Shown: positions 17,818 to 27,465 of the stretch, one piece after another
How positions within the stretch are numbered: position 1 is the first letter of the stretch
How the letters are laid out: every line of letters starts with the position of its first letter
Origin: Gaiellaceae bacterium
GTDB taxonomy: Bacteria > Actinomycetota > Thermoleophilia > Gaiellales > Gaiellaceae
DNA length: 64,000 bases
Direction of reading: 5' to 3'
Assembly: GCA_035506655.1 (NCBI GenBank)
Contig: DATJOZ010000062.1
Coordinates: 3,619-67,618 of the forward strand
Made by a program: the position numbers and the translations under genes
Notes under the pieces: model-generated
What the model saw: only the letters and a program-made list of their open reading frames with translations
Databases searched by the model: none
What the model was told of the DNA's origin: nothing

Positions 17818-17838
17818 GTACTAAACTGTATTCAATTC
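17818..17838. promoter_or_regulatory. inverted motif copy proximal to the SDR gene at 17853
   Basis: The reverse complement reads GAATTGAATACAGTTTAGTAC. A 7-bp inverted repeat GTGAATC/GATTCAC (17788-17794/17811-17817) lies beside it. Confidence 0.4.
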
Positions 17839-17852
17839 ATGAGCGTCTGTCC

Positions 17853-18611
17853 ATGAGCGAATCGCGATTCTCCCTCGACGGCCGCACCGCCGTCGTCACC
17901 GGCGCCTCGAGCGGCCTCGGGGCCCGATTCGCCGCCGTCCTCGCCGAGGCGGGCGCCGACGTGGTCGCCGCCGCACGGCGGATCGACCGCCTCGAGGAGC
18001 TGGCGGCCGCCCACCCCGCGATCCACCCGTTCGCCTGCGACGTGACCGACGACGACGGGCCGGAGCGCCTCGTCCGGGAGGCACTCGACCGGTTCGGCCG
18101 CGTCGACGTCTGCGTCAACAACGCCGGGATCTCCTCCGGCGGGCCCGAGCGGCAGGCGACGCTCGACGGCTTCCGCTCCGTCCTCCGCGTGAACCTCGAG
18201 GCGCTCTTCGCCGTCTCGCAGGCCGTCGCCGTCCCGATGCGCGAGCAGCGCGGCGGCTCGGTCGTGAACGTCAGCTCGATGTTCGGCTCCGTCGCGGCCG
18301 CGCCGGTCCCGGACGCCGGCTACGTGGCGTCGAAGAGCGCGGTGAACGGGCTGACGCGTGAGCTGGCCGCGCAGTGGGCGCCCGACGGGGTGCGCGTGAA
18401 CGCGATCGCGCCGGGCTGGTTCCCGAGCGAGATGACGGCGGAGCTCCTCGCGGACGAGAAGGCGCTGCGCTGGTTCGAGCGCCAGTGCCCGCTCGGGCGT
18501 CCGGGGAGAGTCGACGAACTCGACGGTGCGCTCCTGTTCCTCGCCTCGGACGCGTCGTCGTACTGCACCGGCCAGGTGCTCACGGTCGACGGAGGCTGGA
18601 CGATTCGATGA
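17853..18611 (+). CDS. short-chain dehydrogenase/reductase
   Basis: 252 aa with TGASSGLG, NNAG and YVASKSAV. Confidence 0.9.
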   Translation: MSESRFSLDGRTAVVTGASSGLGARFAAVLAEAGADVVAAARRIDRLEELAAAHPAIHPFACDVTDDDGPERLVREALDRFGRVDVCVNNAGISSGGPERQATLDGFRSVLRVNLEALFAVSQAVAVPMREQRGGSVVNVSSMFGSVAAAPVPDAGYVASKSAVNGLTRELAAQWAPDGVRVNAIAPGWFPSEMTAELLADEKALRWFERQCPLGRPGRVDELDGALLFLASDASSYCTGQVLTVDGGWTIR

Positions 18612-19666
18612 GCGGCGACGCCGCACCGCGCGGCATCGCCCTCCCGCGGCTGACGCCGTGGCTGACCGAGCGGCTGCCGGAGCTGGAGCCTCCGCTCCGG
18701 TTCACGCGCGTCGGCGAGGGCCAGTCGAACCTCACGTTCCGCGTCGACGACGCGGACGGCCACACGATCGTGCTGCGGCGCCCGCCGCTCGGCGAGATCC
18801 TCGCGTCGGCGCACGACATGGGGCGCGAGCATCGCATCCTCAGCGGCCTCGCGGCGGCGGGCGCGCGCGTGCCGCAGACATTGGCCTACTGCGACGACGC
18901 GGAGATCACGGGCGCGCCGTTCTACGTGATGGAGCACGTCGACGGCCTGATCGTGACGAAGGTCGAAACCGCCGAGGTGCTCGCGCCCGAGGCGCGCGCG
19001 GCCGCGGCGCGCTCCCTCGTCGAGACGCTGACCGAGTTGCAGGCGGTCGACCTCGACGCCGCCGGGCTCGCGGACTTCAAGCGTCCGGAGAGCCTCGCGA
19101 GCCGCCAGCTCCGGCGCTGGACCCGCCAGTGGCACGCGTCGAAGACGGAAGAGCTGCCGCTGATCGAGGAGACGGCGGAGCTGCTCGAGGCGCGCATGCC
19201 GGACGAGCGCGAGTCGGTGCTCGTGCACGGCGACTACCGGCTCGACAATGCGGTCCTCTCTCCGGAAGGCGACGTGCGGGCCGTGCTCGACTGGGAGCTC
19301 TGCACGGTCGGCGACCCGCTCGCCGACGTCGGCCTGCTCGTGGCGTACTGGAACGAGCTCGGCGCGGCGGCCGGGCAGTCGGGCGCGCTGTTCCGGGAGC
19401 CCGTGACCGCGGTCGCAGGCTTCCCGACCGGCAGCGAGCTCGCGGCCGAATACGCGCGCGCGTCGGGACGCGACCTGACGGAGCTCGGCTTCTGGGTTTC
19501 GTTCGCGTACTGGAAGGTCGCGATCATCGTCGCGGGCGTGTACCGGCGCTGGCTGAACGACCCCGGGAACGGGTCCGGCGCCGGCGAGCTGCAGCCGGCG
19601 GTCGCGCGGCTGGCCGGGCTCGCGCGCGCGGCGCTCGATTCCGACCCGCTGGCGGTGGAATCGTGA
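18608..19666 (+). CDS. APH-like phosphotransferase (ACAD-associated kinase family)
   Basis: ATG 18608 overlaps the SDR stop (ATGA). It has the Brenner motif HGDYRLDN and DWE...GDP. Confidence 0.85.
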   Translation: MSGDAAPRGIALPRLTPWLTERLPELEPPLRFTRVGEGQSNLTFRVDDADGHTIVLRRPPLGEILASAHDMGREHRILSGLAAAGARVPQTLAYCDDAEITGAPFYVMEHVDGLIVTKVETAEVLAPEARAAAARSLVETLTELQAVDLDAAGLADFKRPESLASRQLRRWTRQWHASKTEELPLIEETAELLEARMPDERESVLVHGDYRLDNAVLSPEGDVRAVLDWELCTVGDPLADVGLLVAYWNELGAAAGQSGALFREPVTAVAGFPTGSELAAEYARASGRDLTELGFWVSFAYWKVAIIVAGVYRRWLNDPGNGSGAGELQPAVARLAGLARAALDSDPLAVES

Positions 19667-20301
19667 GGTCGAAGCCGGGCGTCAAGCGCGCGCAGATCCT
19701 CGAGGTCGCGGCCGAGCAGTTCGGGCGCTACGGGTACGAGGAGACGAAGTGGGCCGACGTCGCCGAGTCGGTCGGGATCGGATCGACCGCCCTCTACCAC
19801 TACTTCGAGTCGAAGCAGCACTGCCTGTTCGAGATCATCGCGAAGGCCGTCACCGATTTCCGCGAGCAGTTCGACCGCCGGATCGCGGAGCACGACGACT
19901 GGGGCGAAGCCCTCGTCGCCGTGCTGCGCGGCGGGTTCGAGGTGTCCGAGTGGGAGATCCTCCGGCTGCGCGTGCTGACGGCGGAGCACGGGCGCATTGC
20001 CGTGCACGCGTCGCTCCCGCGCGAGGAGGCGGCGCGCGCGACCGCGCGGGCGAACAAGCGGGACCTCGAGTTCGCCTGGGGCGCGTTCCTCGCGCGCGGG
20101 ATGGAGCAGGGCCTGCTGCCCGAGCGGTCGCCGCAGCTGCTCGCGCGCGCGGTGATCGGCCTCTACAACAGCGTCTGGGTCTGGTACCGCCCCGGCGGCT
20201 CGCTGCCACTCGAGGAGGTCGCGCGGTTCTACGTCGACCGCCAGCTCGACGTGCTCGGCTGCAACCCGACGGACGCTGCCCGCTGGCTGGCGGCCGCATG
20301 A
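19663..20301 (+). CDS. TetR-family transcriptional regulator (paralogue 2)
   Basis: GTG 19663 overlaps the upstream stop (GTGA). ILEVAAEQFGRYGYEETKWADVAESVGIGSTALYHYFESKQHCL closely matches paralogue 1. Confidence 0.85.
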   Translation: MRSKPGVKRAQILEVAAEQFGRYGYEETKWADVAESVGIGSTALYHYFESKQHCLFEIIAKAVTDFREQFDRRIAEHDDWGEALVAVLRGGFEVSEWEILRLRVLTAEHGRIAVHASLPREEAARATARANKRDLEFAWGAFLARGMEQGLLPERSPQLLARAVIGLYNSVWVWYRPGGSLPLEEVARFYVDRQLDVLGCNPTDAARWLAAA

Positions 20302-21449
20302 ACGCGGCGATCGTCGGCCTGGGCATCACCGAGATGGGGAAGATCTACGGCCGGAGCGCGGCCGACTTCGCCGCCGAGGCCGTCGCTCTCGCCCTCGACG
20401 ACGCAGGGCTCCGGAAGTCCGACATCGACGGCCTCCTGATCAACGGCAACGGCAACGTCGACATGGAGCCGCGCCTGCAGATGGCGCTCGGCCTCGAGGA
20501 CCTGACGATGCTGAACGTGATGAGCGCGGCGGGGTCGACGTCGGGCGCAATGGTGCAGTACGCGGCCCTCGCCCTCGACGCGGGAGTCGTGAGCCACGTC
20601 GTGCTCCTCTACGCCGACACGCCGCTGAAGGAGGACGTCGGCGCGGCCGCCGCCTATGCGGCCCGAGGTGCGTGGAACGGCATGAACGGCCTGCGCGGCG
20701 CGTACGGAGAGTTCGGCGGGAATCCGCCGTACGCGCTCGCCGCGCGAAGGCACATGCACCTGTACGGGACGACGAGCGAGCAGCTCGGCGCGATCGCCGT
20801 CGCGCAGCGGAAGTGGGCGCTGATGAATCCGCGCGCGCAGATGACGAAGCCGATGACGCTCGAGGACCACCAGAGCTCGCGCCTCGTCGTCGATCCGTTC
20901 CACCTCTTCGACTGCTGCCTCGTCTCGAACGGCGCGGTCGCCGTGATCATGACGACGGCCGAGCGCGCGAAGGAGCTCCGCCAGCCTCCCGTCTACGTCA
21001 GGGCCGCCGCGCAGGCCGCCCCCGGCGACAACCAGCGGAGCGGACGGGATCCTGCGATCGACACCGGGGCGAGGCGGGCGAGCGAGCTCGCGTTCTCGCT
21101 CGCCGGTATCACGCGCGACGACGTCGACGTCCTCGAGCTGTACGACTGCTACACGTACACGGTCCTCGTCACGCTCGAGGACTACGGCTACTGCGCAAAG
21201 GGCGAGGGCGGCGCCTTCGTCGAGGACGGCAGGCTCGGCCCCGGCGGCTCGCTCCCGACGAACACGGGCGGCGGCCAGCTCTCGTCGTACTACATGTGGG
21301 GCTTCACGCCGCTTTCGGAAGCGGTGATCCAGGCGCGTGGCCAGGCCGGCGAGCGGCAGGTCGAGAAGAACGACGTCGTGCTCGCGAGCGGCAACGGCGG
21401 CGTCCTGAACTACCACTCGACGACGATCCTGAGCAAGCATGCCGCCTGA
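20298..21449 (+). CDS. Cys-less SCP-x-type thiolase homologue (Ltp2-like, possible retro-aldolase)
   Basis: ATG 20298 overlaps the TetR stop (ATGA). It has a thiolase-like fold, but NVMSAAGSTSG and NTGGGQLSSYYMWG replace the Cys-bearing motifs of the paralogue at 10292. Confidence 0.85.
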   Translation: MNAAIVGLGITEMGKIYGRSAADFAAEAVALALDDAGLRKSDIDGLLINGNGNVDMEPRLQMALGLEDLTMLNVMSAAGSTSGAMVQYAALALDAGVVSHVVLLYADTPLKEDVGAAAAYAARGAWNGMNGLRGAYGEFGGNPPYALAARRHMHLYGTTSEQLGAIAVAQRKWALMNPRAQMTKPMTLEDHQSSRLVVDPFHLFDCCLVSNGAVAVIMTTAERAKELRQPPVYVRAAAQAAPGDNQRSGRDPAIDTGARRASELAFSLAGITRDDVDVLELYDCYTYTVLVTLEDYGYCAKGEGGAFVEDGRLGPGGSLPTNTGGGQLSSYYMWGFTPLSEAVIQARGQAGERQVEKNDVVLASGNGGVLNYHSTTILSKHAA

Positions 21450-21855
21450 CGCGAACGTCCGGTCGCAGCGGCCGGTGCCGACGCCGGACGAGGCCAGCGC
21501 GCCGTTCTTCGCCGGCGCCGCGAGAGGCGAGCTCATGCTCCAGCGCTGCCGCGCGTGCGGCGCGTTCATGTGGCCGGTCAAGCCGCGCTGCGTCGAGTGC
21601 TTCTCCGGCGACGTGGAATGGGCGCCGGCGAGCGGACGCGCCGTCCTCTACAGCTTCGCGGTCGTCCACCAGCGCTACCCGGGCTTCGACGAGCCGTACG
21701 TCGTCGCAACGGTGGAGACGCCCGAAGGCGTCCGGTTCAACACGAGCGTCGCCGGCGCGGACCCGGACGAGCTCGAGATCGGCATGCCGCTCGAGGTCGC
21801 GTTCGACCGGGTCTCCGACGACGTCGTCGTCCCGACGTTCAGGCCGGCCGCGTGA
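21439..21855 (+). CDS. DUF35 OB-fold/zinc-ribbon protein
   Basis: 138 aa with the ribbon CRACGA...CVEC. It overlaps the preceding gene by 11 nt. Confidence 0.8.
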   Translation: MPPDANVRSQRPVPTPDEASAPFFAGAARGELMLQRCRACGAFMWPVKPRCVECFSGDVEWAPASGRAVLYSFAVVHQRYPGFDEPYVVATVETPEGVRFNTSVAGADPDELEIGMPLEVAFDRVSDDVVVPTFRPAA

Positions 21856-22640
21856 GCTACGAGTTCGTCACCTACGAGAAGCGGGACCGGATCGCGACGA
21901 TCACGCTGAACCGGCCCCAGGTGATGAACGCGCTGCACCTCGACGCGCACTTCGAGCTGAAGGAGATCTGGGAGGACTTCCGCGACGACCCCGAGATCTG
22001 GGTCGCGATCCTCACCGGCGCGGGCGAGCGGGCGTTCTCGGCCGGCAACGACCTGAAGGTGACGGCGGAGCGCACGGCCGCCGGCGACGACGTCCAGGGC
22101 CGCGCTCGACCGCCCTTCGGACGCATCACCCGGGACTTCGACTGCCCGAAGCCGATGATCGCCGCCGTCAACGGCGTCGCCGTCGGCGGCGGGCTCGAGC
22201 TGGCGCTCGCCTGCGACATCATCGTCGCCGCGGATCACGCGCGGTTCGGCCTGCCCGAGCCGCGGGTGGGCCTGATGGCGGGCGCGGGCGGCATCCACCG
22301 CCTCGCGCGGCAGGTGCCGTTCAAGCTTGCGATGGGGCTGCTCATGACCGGCCGTCTGATCGGCGCCGACGAGGCGTACCGGATCGGGCTCGTGAACGAG
22401 GTCGTACCGCTCGCGGAGCTGATGCCGGCCGCGGAGCGCTGGGCAGCGGAGATCCTCGAGTGCTCGCCGAACTCGCTCCGCCTGACGAAGGAGGCGGTCT
22501 TCGACGGGCTCCAGCACAGCGTCGACGACGCGCTCGAGCGCGACGCTGCGCGGGTCGCGCGGCTGCTCGCGTCCGACGACTACGTCGAGGGCCCGAAGGC
22601 GTTCGCGGAGAAACGGAAGCCCGAGTGGACGGGGCACTAG
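21852..22640 (+). CDS. enoyl-CoA hydratase (crotonase)
   Basis: GTG 21852 overlaps the DUF35 stop (GTGA). FSAGNDLK and VNGVAVGGGLELALACD are present. Confidence 0.9.
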   Translation: MSYEFVTYEKRDRIATITLNRPQVMNALHLDAHFELKEIWEDFRDDPEIWVAILTGAGERAFSAGNDLKVTAERTAAGDDVQGRARPPFGRITRDFDCPKPMIAAVNGVAVGGGLELALACDIIVAADHARFGLPEPRVGLMAGAGGIHRLARQVPFKLAMGLLMTGRLIGADEAYRIGLVNEVVPLAELMPAAERWAAEILECSPNSLRLTKEAVFDGLQHSVDDALERDAARVARLLASDDYVEGPKAFAEKRKPEWTGH

Positions 22641-22651
22641 CCGAGACTCCG

Positions 22652-24730
22652 GTGCGCCTGCGTGAGCTGCTGTCGCCGAGGAGCGTCGTGCTCGTCGGCG
22701 CCTCCGACCGGTCGGGCTGGTCCAGCGGGTCGTACGCGAACTTCGAATCGGTCGGATACGACGGCGCGCTCTACCTCGTGAACCGGAACGGCGGCGAGGT
22801 GCACGGCCGCGCCGCGTTCACGAGCTGCGCCGAGATCGGCGAGCCGGTCGACCTCGCGCTCATGCTCGTCGGCGCCGCGGCGCTTCCCGGTGCGCTCGCG
22901 GACGCGGCCGCGGCCGGAGTCCGATCCGCCGTCGTCCTCGCGGCAGGCTTCGGCGAGACCGGCGCCGACGGCGTCCGCGCCCAGGAGGAGCTCGTCGAGC
23001 AGTGCCGCGAGCTCGATCTGCTGTGCCTCGGGCCGAACTGCCTCGGGTTCGTCAACGTCGTCGACCGGGCGCCCGCGTGGTCGGGGCAGCTGATGCCCGT
23101 CGCCCCGGGCGGCGTGGCGATCGTGTCGCAGAGCGGTGCGACGGCCTACGCGATCGCCGCGTTCGCCGGCGCGCAGAACATCGGCCTCAGCCACGTGATC
23201 TCGACGGGAAACGAGGCGATGGTCGACACGCTCGACATGGCCGCGGCCGTCCTCGAGGACGACCGCGTGCGCGCGCTTGCGATGTTCCTCGAGTCGATCC
23301 GCGACGCCGAGCGGCTCCGGCGGCTCGCCGAGCGCGCGGCCGAGCTCGAGAAGCCGATCGTGATGCTGAAGGTCGGGACGAGCGCCCTTGCCGCGGAGAT
23401 CGCGCTCACCCACACCGGCGCGCTCGTCGGCGACGACCGGCTCGTCGACGCTGCGCTGCGGCAGCTCGGCGTCGTCCGCGTCGACTCGATCGAGCAGCTC
23501 GCGATGACGGCGGGGCTGCTCGCGCGCACCGGCCCGCTGCCGCCCGGCGGGCTCGGCGTCGTCTCGATCTCCGGCGGCGCCTGCGACATCGTCGCCGACC
23601 GGGCCGAGGCCGCCGGCGTCCCGCTCGAGCCGCTCGCGGAGACGACGCAGGCGCGCCTCGCGGGCGTCCTCGCCGCGTACGGCACCCTGCGCAACCCGCT
23701 CGACATCACGGGCGCGGCATCCGCGGACCCGCAGATCTTCGCCGACGCCCTCGTCGCGCTCGCCGACGATCCGTCGGTCGCGCTCCTCGCCGCGATTCAT
23801 GTGCTCCCGACGGAGGAGCGGGCGCGATACCGATCGACGATCGAGGTGATCGCCTCGGGGCTGCGCGCCGCCGGGAGCCGCGGGCTCCTCGTCGACCAGA
23901 CCGTGCACGACATCGATCCCTACACGGCGGCCGCACTCGACGAGCTGGGCGTGCCGCACGCGATGACCGGCCTCCGCGACACGGTCGACGCCGTCGGCGG
24001 CGCGATCCGCTGGTCTGCGTGGCTCCGCCGCGCGCGCACGGCGCCGCCGTCGGCGGACGAGCTCGAGCTCGACGACCGTCGCGGGCAGTGGTCCGAGGCG
24101 CGCAGCCTCGAGCTCCTGGCCGCCAACGGGATCCCGGTCGTCCCGGCGCGGCTCGTCGCGACGCGCGAGGACGCGGTCGATGCCGCGCGCGAGCTCGGCT
24201 ACCCCGTCGTCGTCAAGGTCGTCTCGCCCGAGATCCTCCACAAGAGCGACATCGGCGGCGTCGCGCTCGACCTGCGGACCGCCGACGCCGTCGACGACGC
24301 GTTCGACCGTGTGACCGCGGCCGGATCGGCCGTCGACGGCGCGCACGTCGAGGGCGCGCTCGTCGCGCCGATGCGCCGGGGCGGCCTGGAGCTCATCGTC
24401 GGCGTGGTCCGCGACGCGCATTGGGGCCCGACGCTCGCGGTGGGCCTCGGCGGCGTCTTGGTGCACGTCGCCGACGACACGAGCCTCCGGCTCCTGCCGG
24501 TGGACGAGCGCGACGTTCGCGACATGCTCGACGAGCTCCGCGGGAGGGCGCTGCTCGACGGCGTCCGCGGCGGGCCGGCCGCGGACGTCGATCGCCTCGT
24601 CGCGACGATCGTCTCGTTCGCCCGTCTCGCCGAGCGGCTCGGCCCGCGCCTCGCGTCGGTCGAGATCAACCCGCTCCGGGTCGACGGCGCGGCGGTCGAG
24701 GCGCTCGACGCCGTCGTCGTCTGGTCGTAG
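22652..24730 (+). CDS. NDP-forming (ADP-forming) acyl-CoA synthetase, fused alpha/beta type
   Basis: GTG 22652. It has an N-terminal CoA-binding domain (VVLVGASDRSG), succinyl-CoA-synthetase-like middle domains and a C-terminal ATP-grasp (LGYPVVVKVVSPEILHKSDIGGV). Confidence 0.85.
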   Translation: MRLRELLSPRSVVLVGASDRSGWSSGSYANFESVGYDGALYLVNRNGGEVHGRAAFTSCAEIGEPVDLALMLVGAAALPGALADAAAAGVRSAVVLAAGFGETGADGVRAQEELVEQCRELDLLCLGPNCLGFVNVVDRAPAWSGQLMPVAPGGVAIVSQSGATAYAIAAFAGAQNIGLSHVISTGNEAMVDTLDMAAAVLEDDRVRALAMFLESIRDAERLRRLAERAAELEKPIVMLKVGTSALAAEIALTHTGALVGDDRLVDAALRQLGVVRVDSIEQLAMTAGLLARTGPLPPGGLGVVSISGGACDIVADRAEAAGVPLEPLAETTQARLAGVLAAYGTLRNPLDITGAASADPQIFADALVALADDPSVALLAAIHVLPTEERARYRSTIEVIASGLRAAGSRGLLVDQTVHDIDPYTAAALDELGVPHAMTGLRDTVDAVGGAIRWSAWLRRARTAPPSADELELDDRRGQWSEARSLELLAANGIPVVPARLVATREDAVDAARELGYPVVVKVVSPEILHKSDIGGVALDLRTADAVDDAFDRVTAAGSAVDGAHVEGALVAPMRRGGLELIVGVVRDAHWGPTLAVGLGGVLVHVADDTSLRLLPVDERDVRDMLDELRGRALLDGVRGGPAADVDRLVATIVSFARLAERLGPRLASVEINPLRVDGAAVEALDAVVVWS

Positions 24731-24733
24731 CGA

Positions 24734-26071
24734 TCAGGTCCCGACCGCGACCGCCGTCTCGAGCGCGGTCCTCGCCGCGCGGAGCCCGAAGACGAGCGCC
24801 GCCGCGATCCCGCCCGCGTAGGCGCGGACGTAGAGGCCGCCGGCATCCGCGCCCGCGGCGTGGAGCCCGGGGATCGGTCGGCCGTCGCCGTTGAGGACAC
24901 GCGCCTCCGAGTCGACGAGGAGCCCGCCGAAGGTGAACGTGATCGCGGGCACGACCTCGATCACATAGAACGGCGGATCCTGGATCGGCACCGCGTCGTA
25001 CCGGCGCGGCGGGTCGAACGAGCCGTCGGCGCAGCTGCGGTTGAAGTCGATGAGCGCCCGGCGCACGGCCTCACCGTCGTAGCCCCACTCCGGCGGCATC
25101 AGCGCGAGCTCGTCGAGATCCTCGGCGATCGCACAGCGTGCGCCGCGCCGGTAGCAGAGGTCGAACGTGTCCACCGGGCGGACGCCCTCGACGTACGGCC
25201 GGAGGATCCACTCGTCGCGGATCCGCGAGTCGGAGACGATCAGCGCCCGCGCCTCGGGCTGCTCGAGCAGCGCCATCGTGTTCAGGTGGTCTCCGACGGT
25301 CTCGTCGACGAACCGCCGGGCGTCGAGGTTGAGCATCAGCGAGTGCTCGCTGTAGTAGAGCGAGAGCGCCACGAAGTCGTCGTGCTCGCCGAAGCTGACG
25401 CCGGACGGCATCAGGTGCCCGTAGAACCCGGCGTCCTCGGGGCCGAACGCCGCGCCGGCGCTCTGGCCGAGCCGCAGCCCGTCGCCGGTGCTGTACCAGT
25501 TCCCGCGCAGTGGGATGTCGCGCGCGTGGGGATGGATCAGGGACGCGCGCAGCTCGGGGTCGCCCTGGAACCCGCCGGTCGCGAGGACGGTCGCGTCCGC
25601 CGCGATCGTGCGCACCTCTCCCGACGCGAGCTCGATCTCGGCGCCCCGCACCGCACCGTCCTCCACGAGCAGCCGGCGCGCGGTCCCGCCGAGCACGAGC
25701 TCGGAGCGAGGATCGTCGCGGACGATCAGCTCGCACGCGCGCAGGTAGTTGAGGAGCGCGGTCTGGTGGCCGCGTCCGAAGCGGAGCACCGTGACGGCCG
25801 GCTGAACCTCGACGCCGAGGGAGCGCACCCACTCGACCGCCGGCTCGAAGTCGTCGATCAGCCGCTCGGCGAGCGCCGGGTCGCCGTCGGGAATCGCCTC
25901 GCGGAGAGCCTCGAGCGAGGGCGCCGTCCAGATGAAGCCCGCGTGCAGCGCGCTGCCGCCGAGCTCGCCCGCCTCGACGAGGACGACCGAGCGCCCCTGA
26001 CGCACCGACCAGGCCGCGGCGGACAGCCCCGCCATCCCGCCGCCAAGCACGAGGAGATCGGTTTCGATCAT
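24734..26071 (-). CDS. FAD-dependent oxidoreductase (fumarate-reductase/KstD-like flavoprotein family)
   Basis: 445 aa with the N-terminal dinucleotide motif DLLVLGGGMAGLSAA and C-terminal GLHAAGADAGG. Confidence 0.85.
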   Translation of the reverse strand: MIETDLLVLGGGMAGLSAAAWSVRQGRSVVLVEAGELGGSALHAGFIWTAPSLEALREAIPDGDPALAERLIDDFEPAVEWVRSLGVEVQPAVTVLRFGRGHQTALLNYLRACELIVRDDPRSELVLGGTARRLLVEDGAVRGAEIELASGEVRTIAADATVLATGGFQGDPELRASLIHPHARDIPLRGNWYSTGDGLRLGQSAGAAFGPEDAGFYGHLMPSGVSFGEHDDFVALSLYYSEHSLMLNLDARRFVDETVGDHLNTMALLEQPEARALIVSDSRIRDEWILRPYVEGVRPVDTFDLCYRRGARCAIAEDLDELALMPPEWGYDGEAVRRALIDFNRSCADGSFDPPRRYDAVPIQDPPFYVIEVVPAITFTFGGLLVDSEARVLNGDGRPIPGLHAAGADAGGLYVRAYAGGIAAALVFGLRAARTALETAVAVGT

Positions 26072-26092
26072 CGCTCTCCGCTCCTTGAGTTC

Positions 26093-26137
26093 GAATTGAA
26101 GTCGCCTAGACTAGGCCCTCGCCCGGGTTTCTGTCAA
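26093..26137 (-). promoter_or_regulatory. promoter plus motif for the FAD oxidoreductase gene
   Basis: Minus strand reads TTGACA (26137-26132), 18 nt, TAGTCT (26113-26108). The plus-strand motif is GAATTGAAGTCGCCTAGACTA (26093-26113). Confidence 0.55.
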
Positions 26138-26201
26138 TGACGCCTCGGCCTTTACGAAATCGGTACTTGCAAACCGATCGCGGATCAGCTAAAACCTCAC
26201 G

Positions 26202-26223
26202 CACCTGAAGTCAGTTCGATAAG
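26202..26223 (+). promoter_or_regulatory. motif copy upstream of the ABC importer operon
   Basis: CACCTGAAGTCAGTTCGATAAG, which shares CTGAAGTC with the 13494 copy. Confidence 0.4.
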
Positions 26224-26368
26224 TTCGGGCGGGTCGCCCACACGGGAGGAGATCGGGGTGAACGACGTGACGGAAGCGAACTCGATCCCCACGGGGGCGT
26301 CTCAACCGGCAGCGTGGAGAACCCCGGCCGCGGCGACCGCGGAGCCGGTCACACGAAGGAGGAATCCG

Positions 26369-27433
26369 GTGGTAGGAGGCTCGACTATTCGGCATGGCCG
26401 GGCAGTGCTGCTCGTGGCGCTCGCAGCGGCGCTCGTCGCCGCACTCGCCAGCACGGCGTCCGCGTCCCGGCACGCCGCACCGGCGGGAGCGCCGAAGCCG
26501 GCGACGGCGGCGCAGTGGAAGGCCCTCGTCGCGAAGGCCCAGCAGGAAGGCAGCGTCACCATCTACACGGTGTCGAATCCCACGTCGTACGCGAACATGG
26601 CGGCCGCGTTCAAGGAGAAGTACGGGATCACCGTCACGGTCAACCGCAACGTGGACAACGCCATCCTGGCGCAGATCAACGCCGAGGAGTCGACCGGCAA
26701 GGCGGTCGCGGACATCTGGGTCGCGACGGCGAAGCCGTACATCTACGGTGCGCTCCAGCACGGCTGGGTCGCCGACGCGGTCGGCCCGAGCTTCTTCTCC
26801 AAGCAGTTCGACCGCAAGACGTTCATGTTCGGCAAGGCATGGATCAGCGGCGAGGCCGTGCTCGGCGAGGCGTGGAACACGCAGGCGTACCCGGGCTCGG
26901 TCACCGGCGTCCCGACCTTCACGAGCTCGGCCTTCTCGGGGAAGATCGGCGTGCCCGACCCTCGCGTCTCGACGTCGTTCATGGACTGGTACCTCTGGGC
27001 CGAGGCGAAGTGGGGGAAGGGCATCCTCCAGAAGCTCGCAGCGCAGAATCCGAAGATCTACACCTCGACCCTGCCGATGACGCAGGCGGTCGCCTCGGGC
27101 GAGATCATCGGCGCGCCCGTCGCGGCCGGAACCGCCCTCACGCTCAAGGCGGCAGGAGCGCCGATCGAGTTCAAGGTGCTGCCGGACAACTGGAACGCGC
27201 CCTACTTCGGGATGATCCTGAAGCAGGCTCCGCACCCGGCGGCCGCGCAGCTCCTCGCCAACTACATGGAGTCGCCCGAGGGCCAGGCGACCGTCTCGGC
27301 GACGGCCGGCGCGATCTACCCGAACATCCCGAATACCTTCTACGCGAAGCCGAGAGTGCAGCATCTCAACGACTTCACACCCGCAAAGGTGAGTGCCTTC
27401 AACGCCCTTTGGGTCTCCCTCTTCACCCACTAG
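26369..27433 (+). CDS. ABC transporter substrate-binding protein (family-1, Fe3+/polyamine/thiamine type)
   Basis: GTG 26369 lies 6 nt after GAAGGAGGAA and gives the signal peptide VVGGSTIRHGRAVLLVALAAALVAALAS. An alternative start is GTG 26258. Confidence 0.8.
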   Translation: MVGGSTIRHGRAVLLVALAAALVAALASTASASRHAAPAGAPKPATAAQWKALVAKAQQEGSVTIYTVSNPTSYANMAAAFKEKYGITVTVNRNVDNAILAQINAEESTGKAVADIWVATAKPYIYGALQHGWVADAVGPSFFSKQFDRKTFMFGKAWISGEAVLGEAWNTQAYPGSVTGVPTFTSSAFSGKIGVPDPRVSTSFMDWYLWAEAKWGKGILQKLAAQNPKIYTSTLPMTQAVASGEIIGAPVAAGTALTLKAAGAPIEFKVLPDNWNAPYFGMILKQAPHPAAAQLLANYMESPEGQATVSATAGAIYPNIPNTFYAKPRVQHLNDFTPAKVSAFNALWVSLFTH

Positions 27434-27465
27434 GCTGACCTCCAGATCGCGCGGGAGCGGACGCG

